Origin: Neoconidiobolus thromboides FSU 785
Lineage: Eukaryota > Fungi > Entomophthoromycota
Direction: 5' to 3'
Assembly: GCA_025603075.1 (NCBI GenBank)
Contig: MU626277.1
Coordinates: forward strand, 116,519-180,518
Length of the DNA: 64,000 bases
Shown one piece after another: positions 39,733 through 54,389 of this stretch (its first letter is position 1; every line of letters begins with the position of its first letter). Position numbers and translations under genes: made by a program. The notes under the pieces are model-generated. The model was given only the letters and a program-made list of their open reading frames with translations, did no database searches and was not told the origin of the DNA.

Positions 39733-40437
39733 ATGAATAAGTTCTTTTTAATAACCATCTTATTTATTGCTTTCCTTTCAATCATTGTTGAATGTAAGAA
39801 ATCCTCGAGTGACGCGAGTAGTGAAGAAGTAAGTGCTGATAGTGGTGATGCTTCTTCTGAGGAAGACAGCTCTTCATCTAAAAAGAAACACAAGAAGGGT
39901 AAAACCAAGGCCGCTGCAGCTATCGATACCAGAGAATTGGAAGGTGTATGGAAAACCACTTTTTATTTCAACCATACTGAAAGTCGTGTTATTGCTAGAT
40001 CTTGCCAAAAAGTCGATGAAATCCCATGGAGTATTTCAGGAACTCAATGGACTCAACAACTTGATGTTGATCCTTTATATGACTCTAATGGTAGATGGGG
40101 AATCAAAGAATTAATTCAAGGAGATAATATCAACTTTGTAAAGATTGAATTGTTAAAGAACTCCATTGATTCTATTGAACCTTGTATTGGATATATGAGA
40201 GAAGGGACTAAATTGTTTATGATGTTTAATTCTACCAATCCATCTACTTGCCCACAAAAATTCCAATTCTTTAATGATGTTTGCTCAAACACGGTAGATT
40301 ACACTGTATCAGAATGTCAATCTGGTAAATGTCTTAAAGATCCTCGTGAAGTAGAATATAACGCTGTAGCTTCCAATGCTCATAGATTATACGCACCTAT
40401 CCTTATATTCCTTCCATTTTTAGTGTCTTGGGTTTAA
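39733..40437 (+). CDS. Secreted, probably GPI-anchored Cys-rich protein of unknown family
   Basis: Intronless 234 aa. Signal peptide MNKFFLITILFIAFLSIIVEC, Ser/acidic then Lys-rich linker, six Cys in the mature domain, C-terminal ASNA followed by a hydrophobic tail. Confidence 0.8.
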   Translation: MNKFFLITILFIAFLSIIVECKKSSSDASSEEVSADSGDASSEEDSSSSKKKHKKGKTKAAAAIDTRELEGVWKTTFYFNHTESRVIARSCQKVDEIPWSISGTQWTQQLDVDPLYDSNGRWGIKELIQGDNINFVKIELLKNSIDSIEPCIGYMREGTKLFMMFNSTNPSTCPQKFQFFNDVCSNTVDYTVSECQSGKCLKDPREVEYNAVASNAHRLYAPILIFLPFLVSWV

Positions 40438-40867
40438 TTTTGATTTTCTCTTAGTTTTCATTTAGCATCTAATTTAGATATACTTGCATAATAAATATTT
40501 CATAAAATTAATTTTAATTTAAAAATTGCAGTCACGCTTTTAAATTAATATTACTATTTTTATAGACCATGAGAATTTATTTTGAAATATAAAAGCTTTT
40601 ATTTTATTATTATTAACATTTATTTTTTAGTATATAAGATATAAATTCAACTAATATAAAATTTACGCTATTAATTTTCCAAACAAACTATAGATTCAAT
40701 AGTTCCAGTAATATTTGAACTAAGCACATTATAGCTCTTTATTTGATAATAACAACCCTCATACGTTTATTAAATTTACTTTAGAAGCCAAAATATAATT
40801 CAATACTCAACTCAATAAACTATTTGGAATAATTAAAAATAAATGTATTTAAATAAAAATAGATGCA

Positions 40868-41647
40868 CTAATTAGCTATAGACTCATAACTAGGAGGAAG
40901 ATCATCACCTATAGGAGGTGGGTTCTCAGAAGTTGTTTGTGTTCCACTTACTTCCTCACTTTCAAGGTTTTGATTAGACTCAGGCGAAGCGGGTCTATAA
41001 AGCGGGAGTGATTCCAAATGCTCTGGATTATCGTTCAACTCTATATAATTTTAGAATAAACAATTCAGTTTTAAATAAATTTACCTTGTCTACGTTGATT
41101 CACTTGTTTTAGAAGCGCAATAAATGAGAAGCCGCCTAAATAATGGTTAATTTAATAGAAATTTGTAGTTAAATCCACTCACCCCCTTCATTAAAGTGAA
41201 ATTTGAGCTCTCCCTCTTCTCTCAAGTTTCCATTCAATACAGGCAAAAGCAATCCTTTAAAATAATTGGCACCAAACCAAGGTTGGATAAATTCAGTATT
41301 TTTCAAATTCTCTAATGGGATTGATAAAGATTGAAATAGCGGTGTGGAAGGAAAAGCAATGTATACCACTCTAATATTGGTAAGGTATAATAATCCTTTT
41401 GGCGAAGAAAAAGTTTGACTAAACAATTCATCATTTATTCATTAATTGTCAAATTATCTTTACCTACTCCCTGGGTATCCGCTTTATAAGTAATAAATTA
41501 ATTCTAGCTTTATTTAAATACTAACTAGACTTACTTTCCAGAACTAAATTCAACGCTGACTCCGCTTTGACATAAGAAATGAGACTCGTTATCTAAAGGT
41601 ACAAAAGTTTTATTATCGTCGCCTAAAGTGACCCAATTTAGTGCCAT
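40868..41647 (-). CDS. WBP2: WBP2-like PH-GRAM protein with PPxY motif
   Basis: MALNWVTL start, KGLLYLTNIRVVY, QPWFGANYFKG, KFHFNEGG, C-terminal DLPPSY. Spliced. Confidence 0.82.
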
Positions 41648-41758
41648 CTTTTGTAAAAATAGATTTTTAAAATTTAAACTAACTCGAATTTAAGCCCAGT
41701 CTGGTTTGCTTTTTTGGTAGAAAAAATCCAAGCTTTTAAACTTTAGAATTTTATTAGT

Positions 41759-42743
<985 letters not shown>

Positions 42744-43047
42744 TAATTATAGAACTTGATCACTTATTTTTTATATTTCATTTGACACTTCAAAACTTGT
42801 TTATAATTAGTTATTTACTATAATTATTTGCTTCGTTTAATTAGTATATTTGTAGATATTCATATTATATAAAAAAAATGATTTATTAGATATAGCAATA
42901 TCATTAAAATAAATATAGTTAAAGAGCTTATAAACATTATTTTTATATATTTTTATTTAAAATAATACTACAAATATAACATCAAAATGAAAGATGTTGA
43001 TAATTATAATCCACAAACTTAATTTAAAGCTATTTAACCTAACTCTA

Positions 43048-43997
43048 TTACCAATCATTAAGTTGACAAGCACGAATCGAGTTACCAGGTTTATTTGTAC
43101 AACTACCCCCATTTTTGAGGTCAAAGATCCAGTTATGTTTAGTACATACAAGTGTATTTCCGCTTACTCTTCCTTTCTAAAAAAATCTTAATTAGATAAA
43201 AACAAATTTTTGAGTAAACTTACAGTAACCAGGTCAACTTTTTTATGTGGACAATACCTATTTGTCTGGTAAATTGTACCATCAGCAGCAGCAACTTTAA
43301 TCATATTTCCATCTGGGACAATACTCAATGGTTTAATGCTTTGAGAGCCATTCTTACTTTCCCCGTTTGTGTGAGCTTTTGCTAGTTCTGTTGATTCATT
43401 GATACTTTCTTCTTCAGAGGACTCAGAAGTAGACTGATATTTTTTCTTCATCTTTTTGGCTTTTTTTTTGTCTTTTTAAAGTGTTAGCTAATAACAAGTG
43501 AATAAAGTTTGATTACTTTTATAAATTTTTGCTTGTATTAAGTCTTTGACAATAGGTAAAAGTCCGATTTGCTATAAATGATAATTAAAGGGTTAAGTAA
43601 TCTGTCTGTATTAAAAATTACCTTCCAGCTTTCTTTTGATAAAACTTTTAAATCCGAAATGGTAAATAATCGGTTCTTTTCTAATATCTCTAAGTCGTTC
43701 AATACCAGATTACTAGGCCAATTTCTTTCCGAAGCAATCAATTCTAATAGTGTGGAAGCTTTCTAATTGTTTTGTAAATAAAAATTACTTAGAATTAATA
43801 ATTGACCTACCATAGAATCTGGCATATAATTTTTATCGACAACTTAACAATGAATTAAAGTAATAATACTAATAAAGTAAATTACCATTTGGTTTATTAG
43901 ACAAATACGACGTTAATAGGCCCCCCACTCCTCCTCCTAATCGAAAGCTTCCTTTCTTTCCTCCTTTATTACCTTCATCGCTGCTGCTTCCTCCCAT
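43048..43997 (-). CDS. Small multi-exon protein: possible N-myristoylation, SAM-like helical domain, C-terminal Rieske [2Fe-2S] domain
   Basis: Spliced model gives MGGSSS..., DLEILEKNRLFTISDLKVLSKESWKQIGLLPIVKDLI and CPHKKVDLVTKGRVSGNTLVCTKHNWIFDL (CxH...CxxH). Confidence 0.78.
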
Positions 43998-44294
43998 TTG
44001 ATTTTATGTAATTTAATGATAAGATGAGATTAGATTCAACTTTATAACACTTGAGATTTTGTAAAAAATTCTAAAATTTTTGTCTTCCGACAAAACGTTA
44101 ATTTTAGCCAGAGATAGTAAAAATGACATCATTGCCATTTGCAAAATTAACTCCAGAGCAAGTTTGAATTTATATTTTATTGGCTATACTTCTGCTAATT
44201 CCTCACTATTTAGTTATTTTATTTGAGCCACCGTCATTATTTTTTTGTATCTGAAATTTAACTTAAAGTGAATAGCATAATCCAATTTATTATT

Positions 44295-46126
44295 ATGGCT
44301 GATACTGTTCCAAGTGTACCTGTAACTTTCGTAGTTAACTCCTTTTTTGATGAGTTGACTTTCAACATTCGCTCTAGGCCTATGCCATGGGAGGTAAGCT
44401 TTTATTGTAAGTTTTAATAGTTTACTTAATTATACTAGGGATATCAACGCGCTTCATTAATTACTGAAGAAGAACTTGGGCTTTTAAGAAAATCTGAAAA
44501 AGGGGTAATTTTTTTTATACAATGGATAAAATAGATTTTAATTTGATTATTTAGTCTTCTAAGGAGTATATTAATTTGCTGTTGAATTTATTAAATAAAT
44601 TAGTAAGAGTAGATACTTTACAATACATTCTTGTACTGATCGATGATATACTTGAAGGTAATAGTCATTTTTTAATTGAAATATTAAAGTGATTTAAATT
44701 TTAGCCGACCCTAACAATGCTAAAACATTTCATGAATTAAGTCAAGAAAATCCATTGTTCCCATACGAGCCATTTCTAAAGTAAACTATATGAAATTTTA
44801 AAGTTCATTGTATTGATAAAATATTAGATGTTTAAAGAAAGATGATGACTTTTTAGCATTAAAAGCAGAAAAGATTGTCGCTTTTTTAATTTGGTACGTT
44901 TATTCATAATTTGTTAAAAATGAAACTAAAAAATATCTAGTACTTCAACTACCGCCATCCCAGAACAATGCGATGAATTTTTGGATGTTATTATTTCTCA
45001 ATTATCAAGCCAGACGCCCAATATTGCCGATATTTCAGTCCAATTACTTCAATCTTTATTAAAGAATTATACTTATCGTAACGTCTTTTTCCACAAAGCA
45101 CGTGGTGTACCAAAGTATTAATTTAATATTGAATCTACAATCAAAATTGACTAACTTTTTATAGTTTAATTGCGCTTATTCAAAAAGAGAAAACAAATCC
45201 ACAGCTTCAATATCAAGTTGTATTTTGTTTTTGGATGCTTACTTTTGAGGAAGAAATTGCTAAAGAGATTGATCAGTAATTTCATATATCATTTTTAATT
45301 GAAGTTTTAATTCAGTCATAGCCAACACTCCATCATTTCATTATTAGTTAAATTAGCCCGTGGTACAGTTAAAGAGAAGATCGTTCGAGTTATTATAGGC
45401 ACTTTCAGAGTAAGAAAAAAACAAATTAAAAAAGAACGCTGAGTTAACAATTGATTAGAATCTATTGGAAAAAGGATCTGAAGAAAATATTAACTCCATG
45501 CTAGCACATAAATTGTTTGATTTGATTGAGAATTTAACATCAAGAAAATGGGCCGATTTAGAAATTAAAGAAGATTTAGATTATTTAAAAAGTGAGTTAC
45601 AAGAGGTAGTAGCTAGCTTGACTACTTTTGATGCTTACAAAGCAGAAATTGAAACTGGTGAGCTTGAATGGTCACCTCCTCATAAGTCAATTCAATTCTG
45701 GACTGATAATATACACAAATTTGAAGAGGGAGATTATGCCTTGCTTAAGTAAGTTTGAATTAAATGATACTAGGACACAATTTATCAAACAACTATAGGA
45801 AACTTTGTGAAATTCTTAATACAGCTACTGATCCTTTAGTTTTATCAATAGCTGCATTCGATATTGGACAATATGCTAAATTTAATAACAAAGGCAGAGG
45901 GTAAGTAGATTTTAATACTTAAGCTAAATATAGTTTAATCAGAACGATTTAGTTTACTTGAAAAGTTGGGAGCTAAACATCGTGTTATGGAATTGATGGC
46001 CCATGAGAACCCAGATGTTAAGTATCAAGCTTTAGTTGCTGTTCAAATTTTACTTAAAAATTCATGGTAACTTAATTATTGTACTTATTATCTAGTGGCT
46101 AATATGTTTCTAGGGATAAAAATTGA
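44295..46126 (+). CDS. VMA13: V-type H+-ATPase subunit H, many exons (stop at 46070 if the last intron is retained)
   Basis: IRSRPMPWEGYQRASLI, QLQYQVVFCFWMLTF, KEKIVR, TTFDAYKAEIETGELEWSPPHKSIQFW, AAFDIGQY and VMELMAHENPDVKYQAL. Confidence 0.95.
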
Positions 46127-46719
46127 TTGATTAATCAATAATGTCTTATTATCAGTTACTTAATAAATTTTTATGAATTTGTATCAACTAAGTAGTTTAT
46201 ATTCTGCTTATGTTTTTTTATTTGTAGAAAAACCAAAATTGTTAATCATAAAAAATTCATTGAAAATATTATCAAATTTATTTAATAAAAAGTCAAAAAA
46301 TTTGAACTGAAGGAAGAGTAAGTTCCATTCAAATTAATATATAATAAGTTAAAATTGCTATATTATTTTATTAAATAAAAGTCCTATGCTTCTCAATTAT
46401 CTGGATATATTAGTGTACTAACCAACTATACCAATCCACTATCATAATTACTATCCATGAGTTATTATAAAAGATATTGAACAACTTCATCTACCTAAGA
46501 ACGTTAGTAGCAAATATAATTCTCATCAATTATCAATAAGTCATCTCATTTAATTAATAAAATGATAGTCAAACTATACATTTATAGAACTAACAATAAA
46601 ACTGGCTATCCATAAAAACAAGAAACATCTTTAGTTTGTACCCAATAGTTAATTTATTGTAGTATAACTAAAGCCTATTAAAAAAAGGGCATAAGAAAAT
46701 TGATGTCGAAAAGGCTAAC

Positions 46720-46991
46720 TTAACGGGTCTAAAAAATAATAAATAAAATGATAAATAAACAGTAATAATAACAAACCTTGGTGAAACCGATATCTTTAGC
46801 GTATTCACGGAAGCACTGTCTGCAAATGTTAAGACCGTATTTACGGATTAAACCGGCACGATGAGTGCAGACACGACTAAAAAATAGGTCAATATATTAC
46901 TAAAATCCCTTAATATAGTAAAAACCTACCATTGACGAGAACCTTTACCGTATTTACGGGGATGAGAATACCAAACAGCTTCGTGACTCAT
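46720..46991 (-). CDS. RPS29: 40S ribosomal protein S29 (uS14), 3 exons
   Basis: Spliced translation [56 protein letters not shown]. Confidence 0.96.
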
Positions 46992-47992
46992 ATTGGATAA
47001 AAAGGAAGTGTTTTAAATTCTAAGTGATTAGCAATAGTACCAATCCAAAATTCCAATCCCAAAAGGCTTAAAACCCCTGCAAAACTTTTTTTTTGAAAAA
47101 ATTTTATTGGCTTATTAAAAGCTTAAGGTTGATTTACGCCAATCAAATAACTAGATCGATGAATTTTGTTAAAAGCTCCTGTGATTTGAAAAGAAATTTT
47201 TAAAAATTTAGCTTGCTTTAGATTATTTTGCAGCTTTTTTTTTGAACAGTTTGAGTGTTTAAAATAGAATATTGCAGTATATAGTTTTAGTATAATTAGT
47301 TATTATTCAAAGTTTGTTCTACATTTCAATAAAAATAATTTCTTATATAGTCTAAACTTAAAAATTGAACTCAGTTTGTAGCATACCTCATGTCTTTAAA
47401 CAATTAATATAGACACATGGAATTTATTGCTCTACTGTTATATTTACTTGTTATTTATATTAGTTTTATATAGTAAAATAAAAGAAGCTATGTTATACTA
47501 CAAAATAGTATTTAATGAAAAAGCATGATGAATTTTATCCTTAACTCTATCTTTGTCATATAATATCTCGTTATATGTGTTAGTTTAAAATCTCAGTTAA
47601 AATTTTGTTCAATCGATTTTTAGCAAAAATTACACAAGCACTAAGTGCTACAAGTTTTTTCTTTTTTGCTTAATTTTAGATTAACTCATGCTGAAATGTT
47701 TATCTGATTTTACAGTAGTTTTTAAAATTTTGCGCTACATAAAAAATGATCAAAAAAAGTGAATTAGAAAATAAAATTTTCAATTTTAGCTGAAGCTTTT
47801 AAGCTTAGACTCATATATGCTCTACAAATTTTTTAAACAGAAAACAAATGAAAACAAACAAGAAAATAGAAAAAGATTGGTTCAATTAATAAAAAGCCAA
47901 TCAGCGCCGATGATAGCTTAAATTAAAAAAGTTCAATATTTTTTATCAAAGTTGACCTATACTTACTTTTTTTAAGTCATTTTATTATTAAA

Positions 47993-49446
47993 ATGATACG
48001 GTTTTTATTATTTTTTTTATTTGATTTGGTCCTCATAACTCATTCAAATGGCATTGATATTTCTATATACGAAGATGCACATGCTTACCCAAATTACCAT
48101 ATTAAATTAAACAATGAGTTTATTAACTATAATGAATTAACAGTAAACAATTTTGAATATAAGTAATATACAGTATTAATCAGCAGTTTTAGGAAGTAGA
48201 AAAACAAAAAGGGATTAAAATAAAATACAATAAAGATCTGGAGTATATATGCTTTTATCCACAACATCAAAAAGATGTAAGAAACGAAAATAAGATTAGC
48301 TCAGAAGTTTATGAAACAATATTAGAAGAGAGTGAAACTTTGATCAAAAATAAATTAGAGTGTTATACAACAGTAAGTCCTCTGTTTTTATTTATAATAT
48401 TTATTTATTTATTTTATAAAGATTATTTCGAACTGGGATTACAAATACTGCTACAACAATGAAATAATTCAGTATTACGTATCAAAGAAAAATGATGGTC
48501 TTAATGAAAAAGAGGATAAGATTTCGGCAATTTATAAATTGGGAACGAGTGAATTTATTATAAACAAAAGCTTCAATTTGAATAGGACCAATTCAAGATT
48601 TGATATTAAATATTCCAATAATAAAAAATTAAAACTACCTTTTTATATCTCAGAAACTTGGGGGAAAGGAGATCGTTGTGATCTCACTGGATTTAATAGG
48701 CAAATCGAACTAAGAGTAAGTTTACTTTGATTTTATGTGATATTTAATAATATTAAATTGACTGTTAGTATCTTTGCTATATTGATGATAAAGCCGAGGG
48801 TTTAGTTGCAATTGATGAGCCTCAAGTTTGTCAATATATTGCTTATATTCATGTACCAGAATTGTGTCAATATAATCACTTGTTTGATAATATTCATGAG
48901 GCTTATGAAATTGGAGATCCAGTAGAATGCAATGCTATACTACCTAACTACATTGATATAGACGATAGAAGTGAATATTCTAATATAAACAATAATAGTA
49001 GAAACAATAATAGTACAGTTTACAACAATGATGGATTTAATTGGTTAAGATGGTATAGTATAAAAGAAGAATTAACGTGTAGTACTTCAATAACAAAAAT
49101 CGAATTAACATTATTAACTGAGCATGTTAGAAATAAAATAGAGAATCAAAAGAATGAGTTTATAACCAAAAGTATGAGTAATCCTAATAATATTCATTAT
49201 TTAATTAATAGACATAAAAATCAACAAGACCAATTTTATCATATTTACCAACAAGATAAATTTATTGGGGTAGTAAATTTAAACTTGTTTTTAGATTATA
49301 CTGAATTTGTAACTTCAAAGGACTATGTTACTTATTTTCCTACTACAAATGACTTATTTAAACTGTTTTCAAAACAAACTCATCTCTTTTGGGATCTCTT
49401 TTCTTACTCAGTTCCTCCCTTGCAGCCTATATTGATCTATTTTTAA
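47993..49446 (+). CDS. YOS9: OS-9/Yos9-like ER lectin (MRH domain)
   Basis: Signal peptide MIRFLLFFLF. MRH motifs WDYKYCYNNEIIQY, WGKGDRCDLTGFNRQIELR and IDEPQVCQYIAYIHVPELC. Confidence 0.85.
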
Positions 49447-50078
49447 AGTAAATTCAAATAAGTTTTGATCACAAGTTTATTGTTCTTATTAAATAGTTAA
49501 TATTTTATTTTAATTGTAATCTCTGTTTTATCTTGGCTTGGTTTTTTCTATTCAATTTTAATTTTAGTTAATATAATATGACCTAAAGGATAGTTTAGTA
49601 AATATTTTAGAAGATATCAGATAAAAAAATAAAGTTAGTTTAAATGGGTTGTTTTAGGTATTTTTTTCTGTAATATTTTATTAAAAAATATTCAAATAGT
49701 TTCTTTTTTAAATTTTAATAGTTCATTATAATAAAAATAATTATATTTATTAATATCAGTTTAATATATTTAAATGATAAGAGTATATAAAAAATAATTT
49801 TCCACAATTAAAACATAATAAAATAACGATTATTGTTTCAAAAAATATTTAAATGAAATTTAAAAACCCAATTTTATTTTGTCATTTTATCTAACAAGGA
49901 TGATTTTTTAAGAAATCTAATACTAAATGATTTTAGCTGTATATTATCTTACCAAATGGTCATATTAGTACTAAACTTAACAAGGAATATATATTTAATT
50001 GAATTTTTATTATATAAGCTAAGCTAAGAGAAGACGTAAAAAACAAAAAACAAACTAGGAGTTTCACTTAATTTGTAT

Positions 50079-51176
50079 CTAATAATTTTTTCCAAGTAGC
50101 AAATAAAGTGAAGCTTCAACACCTAAAATAATATTAATAAATATTACAAAAATTTAATAAACTATATACCCAAAAAGCACGCTGCATTGGCTGGAAAAGC
50201 TCTTAAGAGAGCTGGTGTCAAGCCTTTAAAGAGACCTTGAATACCTTCCTGGCGTATGAGCTCTCTAAAAGTTACTAAAAAGCTTTTAGAAATCAACTCA
50301 GTTTGTTGGCGAGATTTGATAACATCTGCAGGCTGACAAAAAATATTAATATCCAATACATTTATGTTTTCCAAAAAAAGACTTACTATACAAACCATCC
50401 AATTAGCCATACCAGCCAATCCACCAGCCAACATAATAGCTGCTGGATTCAATTGACTTTCTCCTTCTTTGGTCTCTTTGCTAAGGAGTCGTTTGGCTCC
50501 TATGTATGTAGCAAAATAAAGCACACCGCCTGTCGAGTCTCTTAACAAGGTAGCTAAGGTGCCTCTATATAAGCCTTTGATACCTCCAACTTCTTTAATT
50601 GCTTGAACCAAGCCCAATGGCTTGCTACCTTCTCCAGCGACTTGCAACATACATTTTATACGTTCTACAGGGGATACAATCAAAGTAGCAGGAAAAGCAG
50701 CAATAGCACCAGCTAATGCTACTTGGTATATACTCAATGATTCTTGTTTTGGCTATTTAGTTAAAAGTTAACGAAAAATAAGCCTTTTATTATATTCAAG
50801 TACTTACCATCCCGTAGCCCCATTTCAACAACGTTTGACATGTTTCAAAGCTAGCGTATTCAACAGCAAACACAGGAGTTGATGAAAGTAATGGCGCTAA
50901 TAATCCTCGATATAAACCTCTTGGTCCTTCTCTTTTAAGGATTTGAGTTAGTATACTGGTAACAGACTCTTTTTGAATAGCGGCGTTGGAAATGGCTTGT
51001 TGTCTTACTTTTATTAAATCTAAAGGATGACCTACAATAGCCATAAAAGCACCACCTACACCACCGGATATAATACTTTGTAAAGTGGTTGGGGCGGACT
51101 TGGAAGTAGTTTTATCTAAAGTTAAATCTATTGGGGATGGAATTGAAATTGCTATATTTGTGGATAATTCGGACAT
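50079..51176 (-). CDS. Mitochondrial carrier (carnitine/acylcarnitine CRC1/YMC-like)
   Basis: Three Px[D/E]xx[K/R] repeats (HPLDLIKVRQQ, SPVERIKCMLQ, PADVIKSRQQ) and LLRAFPANAACFLG. Confidence 0.9.
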
Positions 51177-51881
51177 TCTTTTATTATTTTTATTAATTAA
51201 TTATTTTTAAATGGACATTATATCTATATTTATATTATGACTATGGGATGAAGGCTATTGATTGTTCTATTTCTATCTGATGCTTATAGCGAGATTATAA
51301 AATTCTATTTTTTGTAGTTTGGGTTTTAGCTTACTGAAAACTAACTTTAGAAACTTTTTTGCTTTGGACTTAAATGATGGTTTAACAAATAAAATTTAAT
51401 TGATTTATCTAATGTGATTGATTTTATAAGTATTTATAGTAAGTTTAATTTAGTTGTATATATTTTTATCAAATTAATGCAGCATAAACCTTCTTTATCA
51501 AAACCACTTAATATTATAAATTATGTATTCAAGATTTCATTCAATTACTACTAAATAAAGACTTTTTCATATTAGCTTAAACTAGTGAATTTTGTATCTA
51601 TTTTAGAGGAGTTTGTACATGCACTAAGACAGGGGAGCGTAGGCCTTACAAAACTTATTTACTAGTTATGAATATATTTTAAAGTATATATCATAATATT
51701 TAAAGTTTGACTTTAAGTTATGTTTATTAAATTATAATTCATCATCTTTATTTTTACATGTAGTTTATAATATATTATTCTATCAGACATATAAAGATGA
51801 ATATGCTTCAGAATATATTTATAAATAAACTAACCTAAGCCGACTTGATTTTACTACGTAATGGATCAAAGTTAGTCACAT

Positions 51882-53253
51882 TTAATCATTTTCTGAATCT
51901 GAGTAATTATAATCAACTAGTAAATTTGGCTTTTTAGTTGACATCGTATTAGTTGATTTTGTAACATCGGAATCTTTTTTGCTTACTACTTTCGGCATGA
52001 TACCTAATTTCATATCATTTTTTTGATGTGTTTCTTTTTTAGAAATAAATGGATCCTCCTTTAATAAAGTATTAACAGAAGCCTTTATTTTTAAATCCTC
52101 AATGATTGTTTTATCATTGAATTTCTCACTTGATTTCTTATTTTGAAATAGTGGTTTGACGAGCTGTTTTTTAAGCTCACTGCTTGGATCTTTATTGCCT
52201 TTAATAATATTAAGCAGTTATACTAGAATATCGTAATAAGAAATTTTACTTGCAAACGTAATAGTTTTAGCACGTAATTCATCTGATTCAGACTCTGGTA
52301 AAAGTTTTATATAAAGGGAATTACTCTTTATAAATTTATTTTCTTTCTCTGCTTTAGCTTTTAATACCTTTTTTTCTTCCTAGAAATATTATTAAATAAA
52401 ATTCATTAACATTTTAATAATTACCCTTAATTTTTTACGCATTAACTTTGAATTGGAGTAAACATCTCCCCATTTCCTATCACTTTCTTCCTAAGCTCAC
52501 GTTAAAAATTTAAACTATTATTATATATGATTTTTACAGTGAGTTGGTTTAGAATAGTAATTGCTTCATCTCCTCTTTTTTTATCCGAAATTTTATGTTC
52601 CAATTTACTTAATGCATTGTTATTAATAGTTTCTCTTTCCTTATCATCTAAGTAATAATGGGAGTAAAAACCTTAAAATTATAATCTCAAATATAACAAA
52701 CCAAGTAACTTTAAGGTTCCATTTTCTTCCGGATCCCAAGTTTCAATCTTTTGTTTTGCTCCAGAAACAACAACATAAGCCGCATTCTATCGACTTAATA
52801 CAATTTATATATATTTAAGTATAGAAAACTCACCTTAGGATCCGTTTTGATCTCCCACCAATGAGAACATAAATGGCATTTCATCCTAAACGAAAAGATT
52901 GGTGTTGAATAATAATTCCCTACCCTTTTCTTTTCAGCATTAAATCGTACCCCCATACCAACATGCCCATTACATCCTAAACACCATACACTATATGGTA
53001 GCTCAAATCTTTCTTTTATTAGCTAGTTAATAGTTTATAAAAAACTATAAATACCTTATAATCAATATTCCTTGATCCAGCTTACGTGCTCTTTCACGTA
53101 ATGGATGTTGACCAACAAATGTATTGATGGAGCCCTAAGTGCCATGATTGATCAGCTTAGATTGGTTGAATTAATTATATAAGTGGTGAACTCTACCTTT
53201 GAGGGATCCCATTCAGGTGGATAGTATTTATTTGTTGCTTTTCGCTCAGCCAT
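51882..53253 (-). CDS. CCDC130: Splicing factor CCDC130/YJU2B (Saf4/Cwc16 family)
   Basis: MAERKATNKYYPPEWDP, HPLRERARKLDQGILIIRFELPYSVWC, GMGVRFNAEKKRVGNYYSTPIFSFRMKCHLC. Confidence 0.92.
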
Positions 53254-54389
53254 GATTTTATAATATTTTGAGAAAATTAAGTTGAAAAAATGAAAAATTC
53301 CAAAATTTGATAAATTTAAATTTAAGAAATCGATAGAACCAATTAAATTTATTTTAAAAATTAAATAGAATTCGTATACTCTTGTTGTAAATTTACTTTT
53401 TTAATTGAACTTTTTGATCCTATTTTCATTTAGCTTAAAAAATAGATTGATATTATTAATTTATATCATTTACTCGTGAAATTGTTTTTAATATAATGAC
53501 ATGTTTTAATTAGCTATGTTTTTATAAACATCAATACTTAATTTCTGATAAAGCTTATTCAGTTGATTTGTTACTTGTTAAGTATAAAATAAAATAACAA
53601 TAGGAAACATTATTTCTATCTCTTAGCTTATACTATTTTAATATTATTATGTAATCTGACTTATACTGATATTTTATCTAAAGATAAAATTTCAAATCGA
53701 TTAAAGAATAGATGAATACAGTTTGTAAATAACAATTAGTGGAAACTTAAGATACTAAAAAGTTGTAACTACGAATATTACTGTTATAAGTGATGATTTC
53801 ATTACTGTTGTTAAAAGTTACAGCTAGTATTTGTTTATTTCTCTAATCTGATACTACCTTTTAAGATTGAGCTTTATAACTTTTTTTGTTTACATTAATA
53901 ATTTTCTTTATCTTTTCATGTGATCATTATATTAATTTAAATATTTAAATATTTGAATTTAAACTAAGATGCATATAAACGAGTGATTTTAATAAATCAA
54001 AATTCAAACAGAAGAATAAAGCTCAATTTAAGTATCCATACTATGTTAAATTTTTAAATCATTTTATATTTTGGCTTAGCAATAAAAACATGCTTAAAAG
54101 ACTAGAATGATGAAAACACAATTTTTTGGAAATAACAAATAAAAATTGAATTTGTTCAACACTATTGAGTTTATTTGAATAAACAATTCAAAAATAAGCC
54201 AAATTTTAATTCATTGATTGGATAGTTAAAAGCCACACTTGTTAAATTTGGGAATTAAAAATTCAACTAAATTACCCCCATTATTTCCTTTTATTTTTTA
54301 AATATTGTATTTATTTTTCTAATCTTTTACTTTTAAGCGTGAAAACTTGATATAAAAATAATATCAAATTTAAAGCATACTCTTCAACT

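Noticed and set aside
40810-40825. Third occurrence of the 14-mer TCAATAAACTATTT
   Set aside because: Very AT-rich word with no extended flanking similarity here, so it cannot be distinguished from chance.
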